From Pseudomonadota bacterium (lineage in GTDB: Bacteria > Pseudomonadota > Gammaproteobacteria > Eutrophobiales > Eutrophobiaceae): a stretch of DNA of 62,451 bases. How positions within the stretch are numbered: position 1 is the first letter of the stretch; each line of letters opens with the position of its first letter. Below the pieces are notes generated by a model. That model was not told where the DNA came from. It did not search any database and worked only from the letters and a program-made list of their open reading frames with translations. Of this stretch, positions 51,294 through 60,337 are shown one piece after another. A program made the translations under genes and the position numbers. The DNA lies in assembly GCA_022562175.1 (NCBI GenBank), contig JADFPU010000001.1, positions 1 to 62,451 on the forward strand. Direction: 5' to 3'.

Positions 51294-52589
51294 ATGTCGT
51301 TTCAAACACCTGAAAAACTCGGAAAGTATACGATCCACAAACAAATCGGACGTGGCAGCATGGGTATTGTTTACCAGGGATACGATCCGTACGCCGACCG
51401 CAAAGTAGCGGTCAAGGTAGCATTGGCGGAATCGCTCAAGGACAGTGAATCCGGTGCGCGCTATCGTAAGATGTTTTTCAATGAGGCGCATACTGCCGGC
51501 ATGCTCAAGCACCCGAATATAGTTAAGATCTTCGATGCCGGTGCTGATGGCGATGATTGTTACATCGTCATGGAATTGATAGAGGGGGCTGATACGTTAA
51601 AGAGTTTCTGTAAGCCGGAAACTCTGCTGCCTGTAGAACTGGTTATTGAAATTATTTTTAAATGTGCCAAGGCACTTGACCATGCACATCAAAATGGTGT
51701 TGTCCATCGTGATATCAAGCCAACAAATATCCTGATCACGAAGGATAAGGATGTAAAGATTGCTGATTTCAGTATTGCCCATCTTGTTACTTCAGATACG
51801 ACCCATACCATGCCAATCGGTTTTATCGGTTCACCCCGATATATGTCTCCCGAGCAGGTACAGGAAGACAATATATCTAACCAGACTGATTTGTTTTCGC
51901 TGGGTATTGTGATGTATGAACTGTTGACCGGCAAACACCCGTTCATTGCGGACAGTTTTTCCAGGTTGATACACAAGATCATTAATGAAAAACAACCGCC
52001 ATTAAGAACTTATCGCTCGGATCTGCCGGAGATACTTGAGAAAATAGTTCATCATGCATTACAGAAGGATCAGAACAGGCGTTATAAAATGGGACTGAAT
52101 ATGGCGGCTGATTTATCACTGGCGTTTGATTACCTGGAGGAACCACAAAGAGATATTGATATACAGGAAAAATTTAATGCTATACAGCAACTGGATTTTT
52201 TTGATGAATTCGTCGAATCAGAAATCTGGGAGATTATCAGGGCTTGTGTATGGCAGGAGTTTGAGAAAGGATCTGAAGTTATTGTGGAAGGTGATATTGA
52301 TGACTCATTTTATATCATTACCTCAGGCGAGGTCGAAGTACGCAAGGAGGATAATGTTATCGATATGCTCAAAAAAGGTGACTGTTTCGGGGAAATGGGA
52401 TATTTATCGAAAACCAGGCGATCAGCCACGATAATAGCTAAACAGAGGTTGCAACTCATGAAAATCAACGCGACCTTGATCGAGCAGGTCTCTATTGATT
52501 GCCAATTGCATTTTAGTCGCGTCTTTCTAAGCACACTGGTCAGACGCTTGTCGGCTACAACAGCGTTGGTCATTGCGCCTGCAGACTAG
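51294..52589 (+). CDS. Ser/Thr protein kinase (Hanks-type) with a C-terminal cyclic-nucleotide-binding domain, paralog 1
   Basis: Kinase motifs are complete: GRGSMGIVY, VAVKV, HRDIKPTNIL, DFSIAH and GSPRYMSPEQ. The C-terminal ~125 aa have a cNMP-binding beta-roll with phosphate-binding cassette GDCFGEMGYLSKTRRSATIIA (F at 52386). The ATG at 51294 gives the same N-terminal length as paralog 2. Confidence 0.85.
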   Translation: MSFQTPEKLGKYTIHKQIGRGSMGIVYQGYDPYADRKVAVKVALAESLKDSESGARYRKMFFNEAHTAGMLKHPNIVKIFDAGADGDDCYIVMELIEGADTLKSFCKPETLLPVELVIEIIFKCAKALDHAHQNGVVHRDIKPTNILITKDKDVKIADFSIAHLVTSDTTHTMPIGFIGSPRYMSPEQVQEDNISNQTDLFSLGIVMYELLTGKHPFIADSFSRLIHKIINEKQPPLRTYRSDLPEILEKIVHHALQKDQNRRYKMGLNMAADLSLAFDYLEEPQRDIDIQEKFNAIQQLDFFDEFVESEIWEIIRACVWQEFEKGSEVIVEGDIDDSFYIITSGEVEVRKEDNVIDMLKKGDCFGEMGYLSKTRRSATIIAKQRLQLMKINATLIEQVSIDCQLHFSRVFLSTLVRRLSATTALVIAPAD

Positions 52590-52922
52590 CCCGTGTCCAT
52601 CAAGAAAGAATAATTCTCGCCAAGGCGCAAAGATCGCAAAGTTATAAAATATCCATAGCTTAGTCCTTAAGGTCTGAAACCATTATTAAGGTCAGCATTT
52701 TAAACACAGAGACACGGAGTACACGGAGTTAGGATTATATTTGTTCTTTATCTCCGTGTACTCCGTGCCTCCGTGTTTAGATTTCAGATTATCTGACAAC
52801 TCTAGACTATGAATATTCCATTAAGATCCTACCTATGACTGAATGTTGGTTTAAAATAATATTACGATTTCTTTCATGGTGTCTTTGCGAGAAAAATTAT
52901 AGCGTTTATGGACGGGCACTAG
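52586..52922. mobile_element. nested MITE (copy D): outer-family element carrying an inner hairpin MITE at 52654-52837
   Basis: The ends read CTAGCCCGTGTCCAT... and ...ATGGACGGGCACTAG. The outer arms match copy A in the opposite orientation. The inner element runs from CATAG to CCTACCTATG, with hairpin arms at 52702-52728 and 52752-52778. The left terminal CTAG contains the kinase 1 stop codon. Confidence 0.8.
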
Positions 52923-52942
52923 TTCGTTATCCGAGCAACGAG

Positions 52943-54538
52943 CTATGTTTTATTTTTAAAATATTGCTCAATCAACAACGAGGTCGATGCATCATGCTTT
53001 GACTCGATCGGTGGTTTCTGTTCCAGATCGCTTATAATTTCTGTCGCCAGTTTTTTGCCAAGCTCTACTCCCCACTGATCGAATGGATTAATGTCCCATA
53101 TCATCGCCTGAACATAAGTGCGGTGTTCATACATGGCCAGCAGCATGCCCAGAATTTTTGGTGACAATTTTGGATAAGTAATCGTTGTGCTGGGTCTGTT
53201 ACCAGGGAAATGTTTGCATGGTTCTGTATTATTTTCCTGGCCGAGCATCAATGCCTTGCTTTGTGCGAAACAATTCGCGACAACTTTATGGTGTTTGTCA
53301 TCGCGACTGCTTTGCATAGCTATCAGAAAATCCACCGGTACAAGACGCGTGCCTTGATGTAATAACTGGAAGAAGGCATGTTGCGCATTGGTGCCTGCCG
53401 CTCCCCAGAAAACGGGTGATGAATGCAGTTCAAGCGCTTGTCCCTCAGAGCTTACGCCTTTGCCGTTGCTTTCCATGATGAGTTGACTCAGGTAAGCCGG
53501 TAATAGCTGCAGACCATGATCATAAGGTATGACTGCGTGTGTTTCGGCATTAAAAAAATTGTTATACCAGACATCGAGCATGGCAAGGATGATGGGGATA
53601 TTGTTTTCAGCAGGCGCATTATAAAAATGCTCATCCATTGCATGCGCACCCGCCAGGAAGTCTGCAAAACTGTTATTGTCTGTATAGACTGCGATGGCTA
53701 ATCCTACTGCTGACCAGACTGAGTATCGTCCACCCACCCAATCCCATATTTGAAATAAACGATCTGCTGAAATACCGAATTCCTGTATAGCGCTTTTATT
53801 TGACGAGACCGCAATGAAATGCCTGTGGATTTCGTGGCAACCATTATCGATAAGCCACTGCTTCGCCAGCCGGGCATTGGCATGAGTTTCGAGCGTGCTG
53901 AATGACTTTGATGTGACAATGAATAATGTTGTCTCAGGATCGGAATCATCCAGTACCCTATACAGATCCTGTGTATCAAGGTTCGCAACAAATGCAATTT
54001 TTATATTGCTGCTACGGTAGTCATATAAGGCATCCACAACGAGACGTGGTCCCAGGTCAGAGCCGCCAATGCCAATATTCACTACCTTGCTAATCGGTTT
54101 TCCCGTTGAACCCTTGTGCTCCCGATTGTGTAATGCCTTGACAAAGTTATACATCCGCTCAAGTTCGGCTTTTACCTGTGCGGGGATGGTTTTTTGATCG
54201 GTATCAGGCAGTTTATCATCAGGAGACCTCAGGGCAGTGTGCAATGCTGCACGATGCTCTGTTTTATTTACTTGCTGGCCTGAAAACAGTGCGGAGATTT
54301 TTTCCCTGATATTTGTAGCATTCGCCAGGGAAATGAGTAGATCGAATGTTTCATCTGTAATACGGTGTTTTGAGAAGTCGATCAGTAATCCATTCAAACC
54401 GGTTGAAAATTTCTTCGCCCTGGCTGGATCCTGGGCGAACAGGTCACGCATGTGTAGTTTGGCAATTGCCCGATGGTGTTCCTTGAGCTGATGCCATACG
54501 TATTCTTTTGACGGGCTTTGATTTTCTGAACTTCGCAT
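52943..54538 (-). CDS. pgi: glucose-6-phosphate isomerase
   Basis: 531 aa with PGI family motifs (IGIGGSDLGP, GGRYSVWSAVG). Confidence 0.96.
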   Translation of the reverse strand: MRSSENQSPSKEYVWHQLKEHHRAIAKLHMRDLFAQDPARAKKFSTGLNGLLIDFSKHRITDETFDLLISLANATNIREKISALFSGQQVNKTEHRAALHTALRSPDDKLPDTDQKTIPAQVKAELERMYNFVKALHNREHKGSTGKPISKVVNIGIGGSDLGPRLVVDALYDYRSSNIKIAFVANLDTQDLYRVLDDSDPETTLFIVTSKSFSTLETHANARLAKQWLIDNGCHEIHRHFIAVSSNKSAIQEFGISADRLFQIWDWVGGRYSVWSAVGLAIAVYTDNNSFADFLAGAHAMDEHFYNAPAENNIPIILAMLDVWYNNFFNAETHAVIPYDHGLQLLPAYLSQLIMESNGKGVSSEGQALELHSSPVFWGAAGTNAQHAFFQLLHQGTRLVPVDFLIAMQSSRDDKHHKVVANCFAQSKALMLGQENNTEPCKHFPGNRPSTTITYPKLSPKILGMLLAMYEHRTYVQAMIWDINPFDQWGVELGKKLATEIISDLEQKPPIESKHDASTSLLIEQYFKNKT

Positions 54539-54652
54539 AGCCCGGTATTTTTACATAAAACTATCCAGAAGGCTTGTGAACTGGTGCTGGCATATCGAAG
54601 CAAACCCTGAATTAATCAGCGTCTCATCAGATATGTCTGTACTCCACGCTAC

Positions 54653-55096
54653 TTACCCACTGCCAGCGATATAATGCTCCAGTTGTTCAATGATAAATTC
54701 CTTTTCTGAAATGGTAGTCTTTACTGCATCCATCACCGTCAGGATTCCGACTACCTTATCGTTTTCAATGACCGGTAAATGCCGGATTCGATGCTTTGCC
54801 ATCAGCAGCATACACTCTTCTATGCTGTTCTCGGGCGTCACACAAATAATCTTGCTGGTCATGATCTCCCGGACGCTGGTGCTTTTTGAAGATCGATCCT
54901 TAAGGATTACCTTTCGTGTATAATCCCGTTCCGAGATGATGCCCACCAGCTTGTCATTTTCCATGACCACCAACGCACCTACTTCATGCACTGACATGAG
55001 CGTAATAGCTTCAAAAACTGTGATATCGGCTGATATTGAGTAAACTTCGTTACCCTTTTTATCAAGCAGTTGACGAACATTTGTATTCATAGACAT
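54653..55096 (-). CDS. CBS-pair domain protein
   Basis: 147 aa consisting of two CBS motifs and no other domain. Confidence 0.85.
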   Translation of the reverse strand: MSMNTNVRQLLDKKGNEVYSISADITVFEAITLMSVHEVGALVVMENDKLVGIISERDYTRKVILKDRSSKSTSVREIMTSKIICVTPENSIEECMLLMAKHRIRHLPVIENDKVVGILTVMDAVKTTISEKEFIIEQLEHYIAGSG

Positions 55097-55401
55097 CCCT
55101 CCAAGTGTTTCATCAGTAATTTTGGCACCTAAGGTGGATAATCACAATATTTCTGAGCTGGAAATTAACCGTATTCCCATGGATTCCTGTCAGTAATCAT
55201 CCGCCGTTGGACGATTACCTCGATAGCAGATTGCTATAGTGTGACTGACATTGGCGCTTGGTGTCAGTACTGTGGTTGTGAAAGCCCGGACAATTCGAGT
55301 AACATTAACAGGTACAACCGATCACGTCTAAATTTCTAGTGTTCGGGTTCATGATCAAGATAGGCCCTTGCAGGGAATATCATTAATGATTTCGTGCAGT
55401 T

Positions 55402-56694
55402 ATGACAGATAAAGCGCCGAATAAACTGGGCAAATACCAGGTAAAAGAGGAAATCAGTCGTGGTAGTATGGGGATAGTATACCTCGGTCATGATCCTTAC
55501 ATAAATCGCCTTGTCGCCATCAAGATCGCGCTGGTAGAACCCCCCGACGATCCCGGCGCAAGTGATGACTTCCGCAAGATGTTCTTTAACGAGGCACATA
55601 CGGCAGGCATGCTGACCCACCCGAATATTATCAACATCTATGATGCGGGTGTGGACGAGGATACCTGCTACATTGTCATGGAGTATATCGAAGGTGGCGA
55701 CACGCTGAAATTACATACCAGGCCGGAAACATTATTACCGACGGAAAAAGTTGTTGAAATCATCTTTAAATGTGCAAAGGCGCTTGATTATGCGCATCGA
55801 CAAGGAGTCGTTCACCGGGATATAAAGCCTTCTAATATTCTCATCACCCGGGACAAGGATGTCAAGATAGGTGACTTTAGTATCGCCCATATCAATAACC
55901 CCGACTCGACCGAATCGAAACCTGTCGGCATGCTGGGATCACCCCGTTATATGTCGCCGGAACAACTAACGGAAGAATACATTACCAACCAGACCGACTT
56001 GTTTTCACTGGGCGTCATCATGTATGAGTTACTGACAGGCAAACATCCCTTTGCGGCCGAAAATTTTTCCCGTCTGGTTAACATGATAATGAATGAAGAT
56101 CCGTTACCGATGCGTGATTTTCGAGCGGATATTCCAGAGGTGTTGGAAAAGATTGTCCGCAAGGCGTTACATAAAAATGTGGACGAACGTTATCAGATGG
56201 GTCTGGATTTTGCCGCTGACCTTAGCAAGGCATTTGAAAATCTGCAGGGCCATCAGGAAGATATCAGTATTCAGGAGCGGTTCAACTCGGTGAAAAAGCT
56301 GGAATTCTTCCAGGGCTTTCCTGATGCGGAAATCTGGGAGATCATCCGGGCCAGCTCCTGGCATGATTATCGAAACAGTGATGAAATCATTATCGAAGGG
56401 GAACTGGATGACTGTTTTTACATACTCGTCTCCGGCAAGGTTGATGTAAAAAAAGCCAACAAAACAATACGTACACTGGGTATGGGGGACTGTTTTGGGG
56501 AAATGGGTTACCTGGCCAAGACCAAGCGCTCAGCCACCATCGTCGCGGAGCAAAGTACCTCCCTGCTGAAGGTGAACTCCACCGTGATCTCACAGGTATC
56601 GTTAAATTGCCAGGTACGATTTCTTAAGGTGTTCCTGCGCACCCTGATACATCGCCTTTCGGCAACAACCGAAATCATTTCTCAGGATATTTAA
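55402..56694 (+). CDS. Ser/Thr protein kinase (Hanks-type) with a C-terminal cyclic-nucleotide-binding domain, paralog 2
   Basis: Same architecture as 51294..52589: SRGSMGIVY, VAIKI, HRDIKPSNIL, DFSIAH, GSPRYMSPEQ and GDCFGEMGYLAKTKRSATIVA. Confidence 0.85.
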   Translation: MTDKAPNKLGKYQVKEEISRGSMGIVYLGHDPYINRLVAIKIALVEPPDDPGASDDFRKMFFNEAHTAGMLTHPNIINIYDAGVDEDTCYIVMEYIEGGDTLKLHTRPETLLPTEKVVEIIFKCAKALDYAHRQGVVHRDIKPSNILITRDKDVKIGDFSIAHINNPDSTESKPVGMLGSPRYMSPEQLTEEYITNQTDLFSLGVIMYELLTGKHPFAAENFSRLVNMIMNEDPLPMRDFRADIPEVLEKIVRKALHKNVDERYQMGLDFAADLSKAFENLQGHQEDISIQERFNSVKKLEFFQGFPDAEIWEIIRASSWHDYRNSDEIIIEGELDDCFYILVSGKVDVKKANKTIRTLGMGDCFGEMGYLAKTKRSATIVAEQSTSLLKVNSTVISQVSLNCQVRFLKVFLRTLIHRLSATTEIISQDI

Positions 56695-56752
56695 AACGTT
56701 CACAGTGCATGGTTCAACATCCAAGGATAAACTGTGAACCTTGAACGTTTTT
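56693..56752. terminator. bidirectional rho-independent terminator between kinase 2 and the TonB-dependent receptor
   Basis: AAAACGT/ACGTTTT plus TTCACAGT/ACTGTGAA form a bulged helix of about 14 bp. It is followed by TTTTT on the plus strand and TTTT on the minus strand, and sits between convergent stops. Confidence 0.75.
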
Positions 56753-56782
56753 ATTGTTTCATGAGCAACGAGCAACGCTCTG

Positions 56783-59356
56783 TTAGAATCGGTAACTCGC
56801 TTCCACGCCGAATGTTCGCGGCGTGCCCAGTACACAACGTTGCATACCGCCATCATCACCGCCTAAAATTGCCGGATTGACCAGGCCTAGTGTTGTACCA
56901 ATGGGTTGGTTAAAGATGGTTTGGCAATAACCTTCATCCCCCGCGTTTTTGACAAATGCGGACAGTTCCCATTTATCAGCCGGCCCTCTCAGGCCCAATT
57001 TTGCATTGAACAAGCCGTAAGACTCTTGCAAGGATTGTAGGTTCTGGTTCGTTTCTGCACCAACATTCTGGTCATCGACAAACTGGTATTCACCACGAAC
57101 AAACCATGACCAGTTTGTATTTGCCAGGCTATCTGTCCATTCAGCCACCATCGATAACTGCCATTTGGGTGAGAAATGGTTACGTTTGCCGGCAAGGTCC
57201 TGGCCTGTGGGGATAACACCTGGCGGTGTTAATGCAATCACGGCCGGCAGTGGTGTTGCATCCGGGAATCTCTGGAATTCAGAATCAAGATAACTCACGC
57301 CCAGCACGGCATAAAGCTGATCGACTGGCCGGGCCTGGATATCGAGTTCTATGCCTTGTTGACAGAGTTCACCTGCATTCTGTACGATAAAACTTACCCC
57401 ATCAAATTGTCTGTCCTGGAAGTCATCGATTTCAGTGCGGAAGAAAGTCAGGTTGGCAATCATCCTATTGCCAAACAGGGTGCTCTTAAAGCCTATTTCA
57501 TAATTATCCACAGTCTCTGATCTAAATGTCCTGGGTATCACACGATTGGCACCGTCAGAATTAAAGCCTCCTGACTTATAACCTGTGGATACCGTTGCAA
57601 ACATCATAAGGTCATCAGTCAAGTAATAGCGGGCATTACCTAACCAGGTAATTTCATTTTCGTCGAATTTAAGATTGGGAAAGGACTCGTTTATTCTTAA
57701 ATTTATCGAGAACGGCAAGCCGGTAGGTGCGACCGGTGAATCGAGAATAGGATTATTGACTATCTGTGTATAACTGCCGTCCTTTTCGTCATTGGTCCAG
57801 CGTATTCCTCCGGTGAGGCTTAATCTGTCTGTGACATTAAAGGTCAACTGTCCATACAGGGCGATACTGGTCATATCCTGTTGAAATTCCCCATCAACCG
57901 CTGCAGTTTGAGGAAAGGCGCTACAAGCTCCACTGGCAATAGGTGCTAATCCGATAAGAGAAGCAGCATCTGCTGCGCCTAATGCAATAGTAGCTTGAGT
58001 CGGTGTAATCCCAAATGCTGTTGTCAGGGCAAGAACCGTTGTGGTTACCCCGGTTACAATACCACCTGCTACAGCAGTAGCGAGGGGCACATTACCAGCA
58101 AAAACAGGGGTCAATCCTGAAGCCAATGGAGGTATTGCTCGTCCGGCTATCAGGTTACCAATGACCGGCGCACAAAAATCACTACCCAGGTCAAAATCTT
58201 GATCTATGGAATAATCTTCATCGTAGTAATAAAAACCGGCCACATATTCAACTTTTCCACCGGTCGGGGACAAAATCTGAATCTCCTGGGAAAATGTCTC
58301 GGTCTCGTAAGAAGTGACCCGGTTTAACAGATCTGCAGGCAGTCTCAGTGCAGATTCAAATGTGTCATTGGTCCATTTCCGGTATGCGGTAATGGAGCGG
58401 ATGGTATGTCCCCCAAAACTCCAGCTGATATCAGCAGACAGGCCCCATTGTTGGTCGTCTGCCGTATCCCTATGGTCCTGGTTTAAATCATAATCAAACG
58501 TATCGCTGCCATCCGGGGCCGGGCCGCTTAATATGGCCGATAATGTAGGGAGATATGCAGGCTGAAGCGTATCCGTTTTGACTTCAATCACCCCGCCTTC
58601 ATTATCCACTGATGAATAATCCACGGTGAGTGTAATATCGATATCATCAGTTGGCGTTAAATATAGTTTTGCACGTACACTGGCATCTTCCCAGGCACCG
58701 ACTTCATCCCGGCTCCCTCCTGCCGTAAAAGTATTATCACCATAACCATCCCGGTCCGAATAGCTGAATGAGAGACGGCCGGCAGCGTTGTCAGACAGCC
58801 TGCCACTGAATGAGCCGGAAATCCGTTTTGCGTCAAAATTAGCATAACTGCCTCGAATACTGCCTTCAAATTCGTCCGATGGTTTACGGGTTCGAATATT
58901 CAGGGCGCCCATTGAGGCGTTACGACCGAAAAATGTGCCTTGCGGGCCGCGCAAGACTTCGACCATCTCCAGATCGGTTAAACTACCGACAATAGAAGAG
59001 GGACGCGGGTAATAGACGCCATCTATAAACACCGCAACACTGGGTTCAATGGCATTATTTCCGACCGAGCCAACACCGCGCATAATGATGCGATTGTTTG
59101 CAACCTGGCTGGATTGGCTAAGGGTTAAGTTGGGAGTGAATTGACCAAGTGCCTGCAGGGTATAAATACCCGAATCTTCCATGAAATCACCACTGAATGT
59201 TGAAATGGAGATAGGCACGTCCTGGACATTCTCTGCGCGTTTTTGCGCAGTTACCACAACTTCCTCAATTTGTCCCAGGGCCGTGTTTGTCCATGTCATC
59301 ACATAAAGACACAGCAGAACTGCCGTAAGTAAATTTGATCTGGAAAGATTCCTCAT
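56783..59356 (-). CDS. TonB-dependent outer-membrane receptor
   Basis: Start taken at MRNLSRSNLL..., with a signal peptide ending ALG-Q. The plug domain (EEVVVTAQKRAENVQDVPISIS) and the C-terminal ...EASYRF with terminal Phe are present. Substrate is unknown. Confidence 0.9.
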   Translation of the reverse strand: MRNLSRSNLLTAVLLCLYVMTWTNTALGQIEEVVVTAQKRAENVQDVPISISTFSGDFMEDSGIYTLQALGQFTPNLTLSQSSQVANNRIIMRGVGSVGNNAIEPSVAVFIDGVYYPRPSSIVGSLTDLEMVEVLRGPQGTFFGRNASMGALNIRTRKPSDEFEGSIRGSYANFDAKRISGSFSGRLSDNAAGRLSFSYSDRDGYGDNTFTAGGSRDEVGAWEDASVRAKLYLTPTDDIDITLTVDYSSVDNEGGVIEVKTDTLQPAYLPTLSAILSGPAPDGSDTFDYDLNQDHRDTADDQQWGLSADISWSFGGHTIRSITAYRKWTNDTFESALRLPADLLNRVTSYETETFSQEIQILSPTGGKVEYVAGFYYYDEDYSIDQDFDLGSDFCAPVIGNLIAGRAIPPLASGLTPVFAGNVPLATAVAGGIVTGVTTTVLALTTAFGITPTQATIALGAADAASLIGLAPIASGACSAFPQTAAVDGEFQQDMTSIALYGQLTFNVTDRLSLTGGIRWTNDEKDGSYTQIVNNPILDSPVAPTGLPFSINLRINESFPNLKFDENEITWLGNARYYLTDDLMMFATVSTGYKSGGFNSDGANRVIPRTFRSETVDNYEIGFKSTLFGNRMIANLTFFRTEIDDFQDRQFDGVSFIVQNAGELCQQGIELDIQARPVDQLYAVLGVSYLDSEFQRFPDATPLPAVIALTPPGVIPTGQDLAGKRNHFSPKWQLSMVAEWTDSLANTNWSWFVRGEYQFVDDQNVGAETNQNLQSLQESYGLFNAKLGLRGPADKWELSAFVKNAGDEGYCQTIFNQPIGTTLGLVNPAILGGDDGGMQRCVLGTPRTFGVEASYRF

Positions 59357-59530
59357 CAGCGTTTCCCCCATGTTTTTAAAGTATAAAATACTGTTATGCC
59401 TGCAACGACCCCAGCCTTGCCTGTAGTGCCCTGCGCGGGAACTCATGATTCTCATTCTATAATTCAAGCACATTTATGAACATCAAGAAAGGTTATTCGT
59501 GAACCAATTAGCGGCTGCTACAATTTTGCT

Positions 59531-59549
59531 GATAACTATAAGTCATCTA
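59531..59549. promoter_or_regulatory. weak Fur-box-like sequence upstream of the TonB-dependent receptor
   Basis: GATAACTATAAGTCATCTA matches about 11 of 19 positions of GATAATGATAATCATTATC, counted by eye. Confidence 0.2.
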
Positions 59550-59562
59550 TATCTTGAGCCTT

Positions 59563-59576
59563 TTGATCTAGATCAA
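59563..59576. promoter_or_regulatory. perfect FNR/CRP-family palindrome TTGATCTAGATCAA
   Basis: Exact match to the FNR consensus TTGAT-N4-ATCAA. It lies 87 nt upstream of the cytochrome c start, in the divergent intergenic region. Confidence 0.6.
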
Positions 59577-59598
59577 GGAGCAAATAGAAAAAATACCG

Positions 59599-59612
59599 TT
59601 TAATTAGATCAA
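59599..59612. promoter_or_regulatory. second, half-conserved FNR-like site TTTAATTAGATCAA
   Basis: The right half ATCAA is perfect and the left half matches 3 of 5. Its centre is 36 bp from the first site. Confidence 0.3.
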
Positions 59613-59662
59613 GAGCTTTGTGCAGTGTATGTTTTCGTCCAGTAAAACCTAAGGAAAAAGAT

Positions 59663-60322
59663 ATGCCTACTATCAACAACAGTATTTTTAAACAGTGTGG
59701 TGTGGCACTTTTATGTCTGCTTGTGATGGTGCCTGCCAGGGCCGCAGAACAGTCGCTGCTAACAAAAGGCGAGCAGGTCTATAACAAGAACTGTGTGTTT
59801 TGCCATCAGGCCGATGCCATCGGCAAACCAGGCTTTGCCCCATCCCTGACGAATAAAGAGTTTTTAGCAAATGTTTCGGATGAATTTTTTATCGACACGA
59901 TCCGGGATGGCCGGTTGGGTACCAGCATGATGCCGTTTGCACACCTGGAAGAAGAAGATATCAAGGCGGTTGTTGCCTATTTGCGATCACATGAAAAACT
60001 TCCCAACAAGTCCGCTGCCGTAAACGCCCAGCCGGATGCCTGGGGCGACCCGCGTCTGGGCAAGGTCTGGTTTGATCAGATCTGCTCGACCTGTCACGGC
60101 ATCAAGGGTGATGGCTATCTGGCGGGTGGTACGGGCACGGCAATCGGCAAGAAGGGTTTTCTGGACAAGGCTACTGATGGTTTTATCCGTACCACTATCA
60201 AGGAGGGCCGATCCAACACGCGCATGCGCAGTTTTCAAGGGCCGGCAGGATTGGCGGATCTTAGCGATCAGGAGATCGACGATATTATTGTCTATCTGCG
60301 TAGCTTACCGAATTCAAAATAG
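59663..60322 (+). CDS. di-haem class I (c4-like) cytochrome c
   Basis: The ATG at 59663 follows AAGGA. It has a signal peptide ending ARA-AE and two CxxCH motifs (CVFCH, CSTCH), each followed by a distal Met region. Confidence 0.85.
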   Translation: MPTINNSIFKQCGVALLCLLVMVPARAAEQSLLTKGEQVYNKNCVFCHQADAIGKPGFAPSLTNKEFLANVSDEFFIDTIRDGRLGTSMMPFAHLEEEDIKAVVAYLRSHEKLPNKSAAVNAQPDAWGDPRLGKVWFDQICSTCHGIKGDGYLAGGTGTAIGKKGFLDKATDGFIRTTIKEGRSNTRMRSFQGPAGLADLSDQEIDDIIVYLRSLPNSK

Positions 60323-60337
60323 TCAGGAGCAAGCATC

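Noticed and set aside
59357-59473. N-terminal extensions offered by the ORF track: TonB receptor to 59473, HpnM-like to 42024, NTase to 51152, rng to 39772, DsrE-like to 28013, response regulator from 29723 and cytochrome c from 59618.
   Set aside because: In each case an internal ATG gives a proper signal peptide, a canonical N-terminal motif or a Shine-Dalgarno, and removes an overlap with the neighbouring gene. The extended residues look like translated non-coding DNA.
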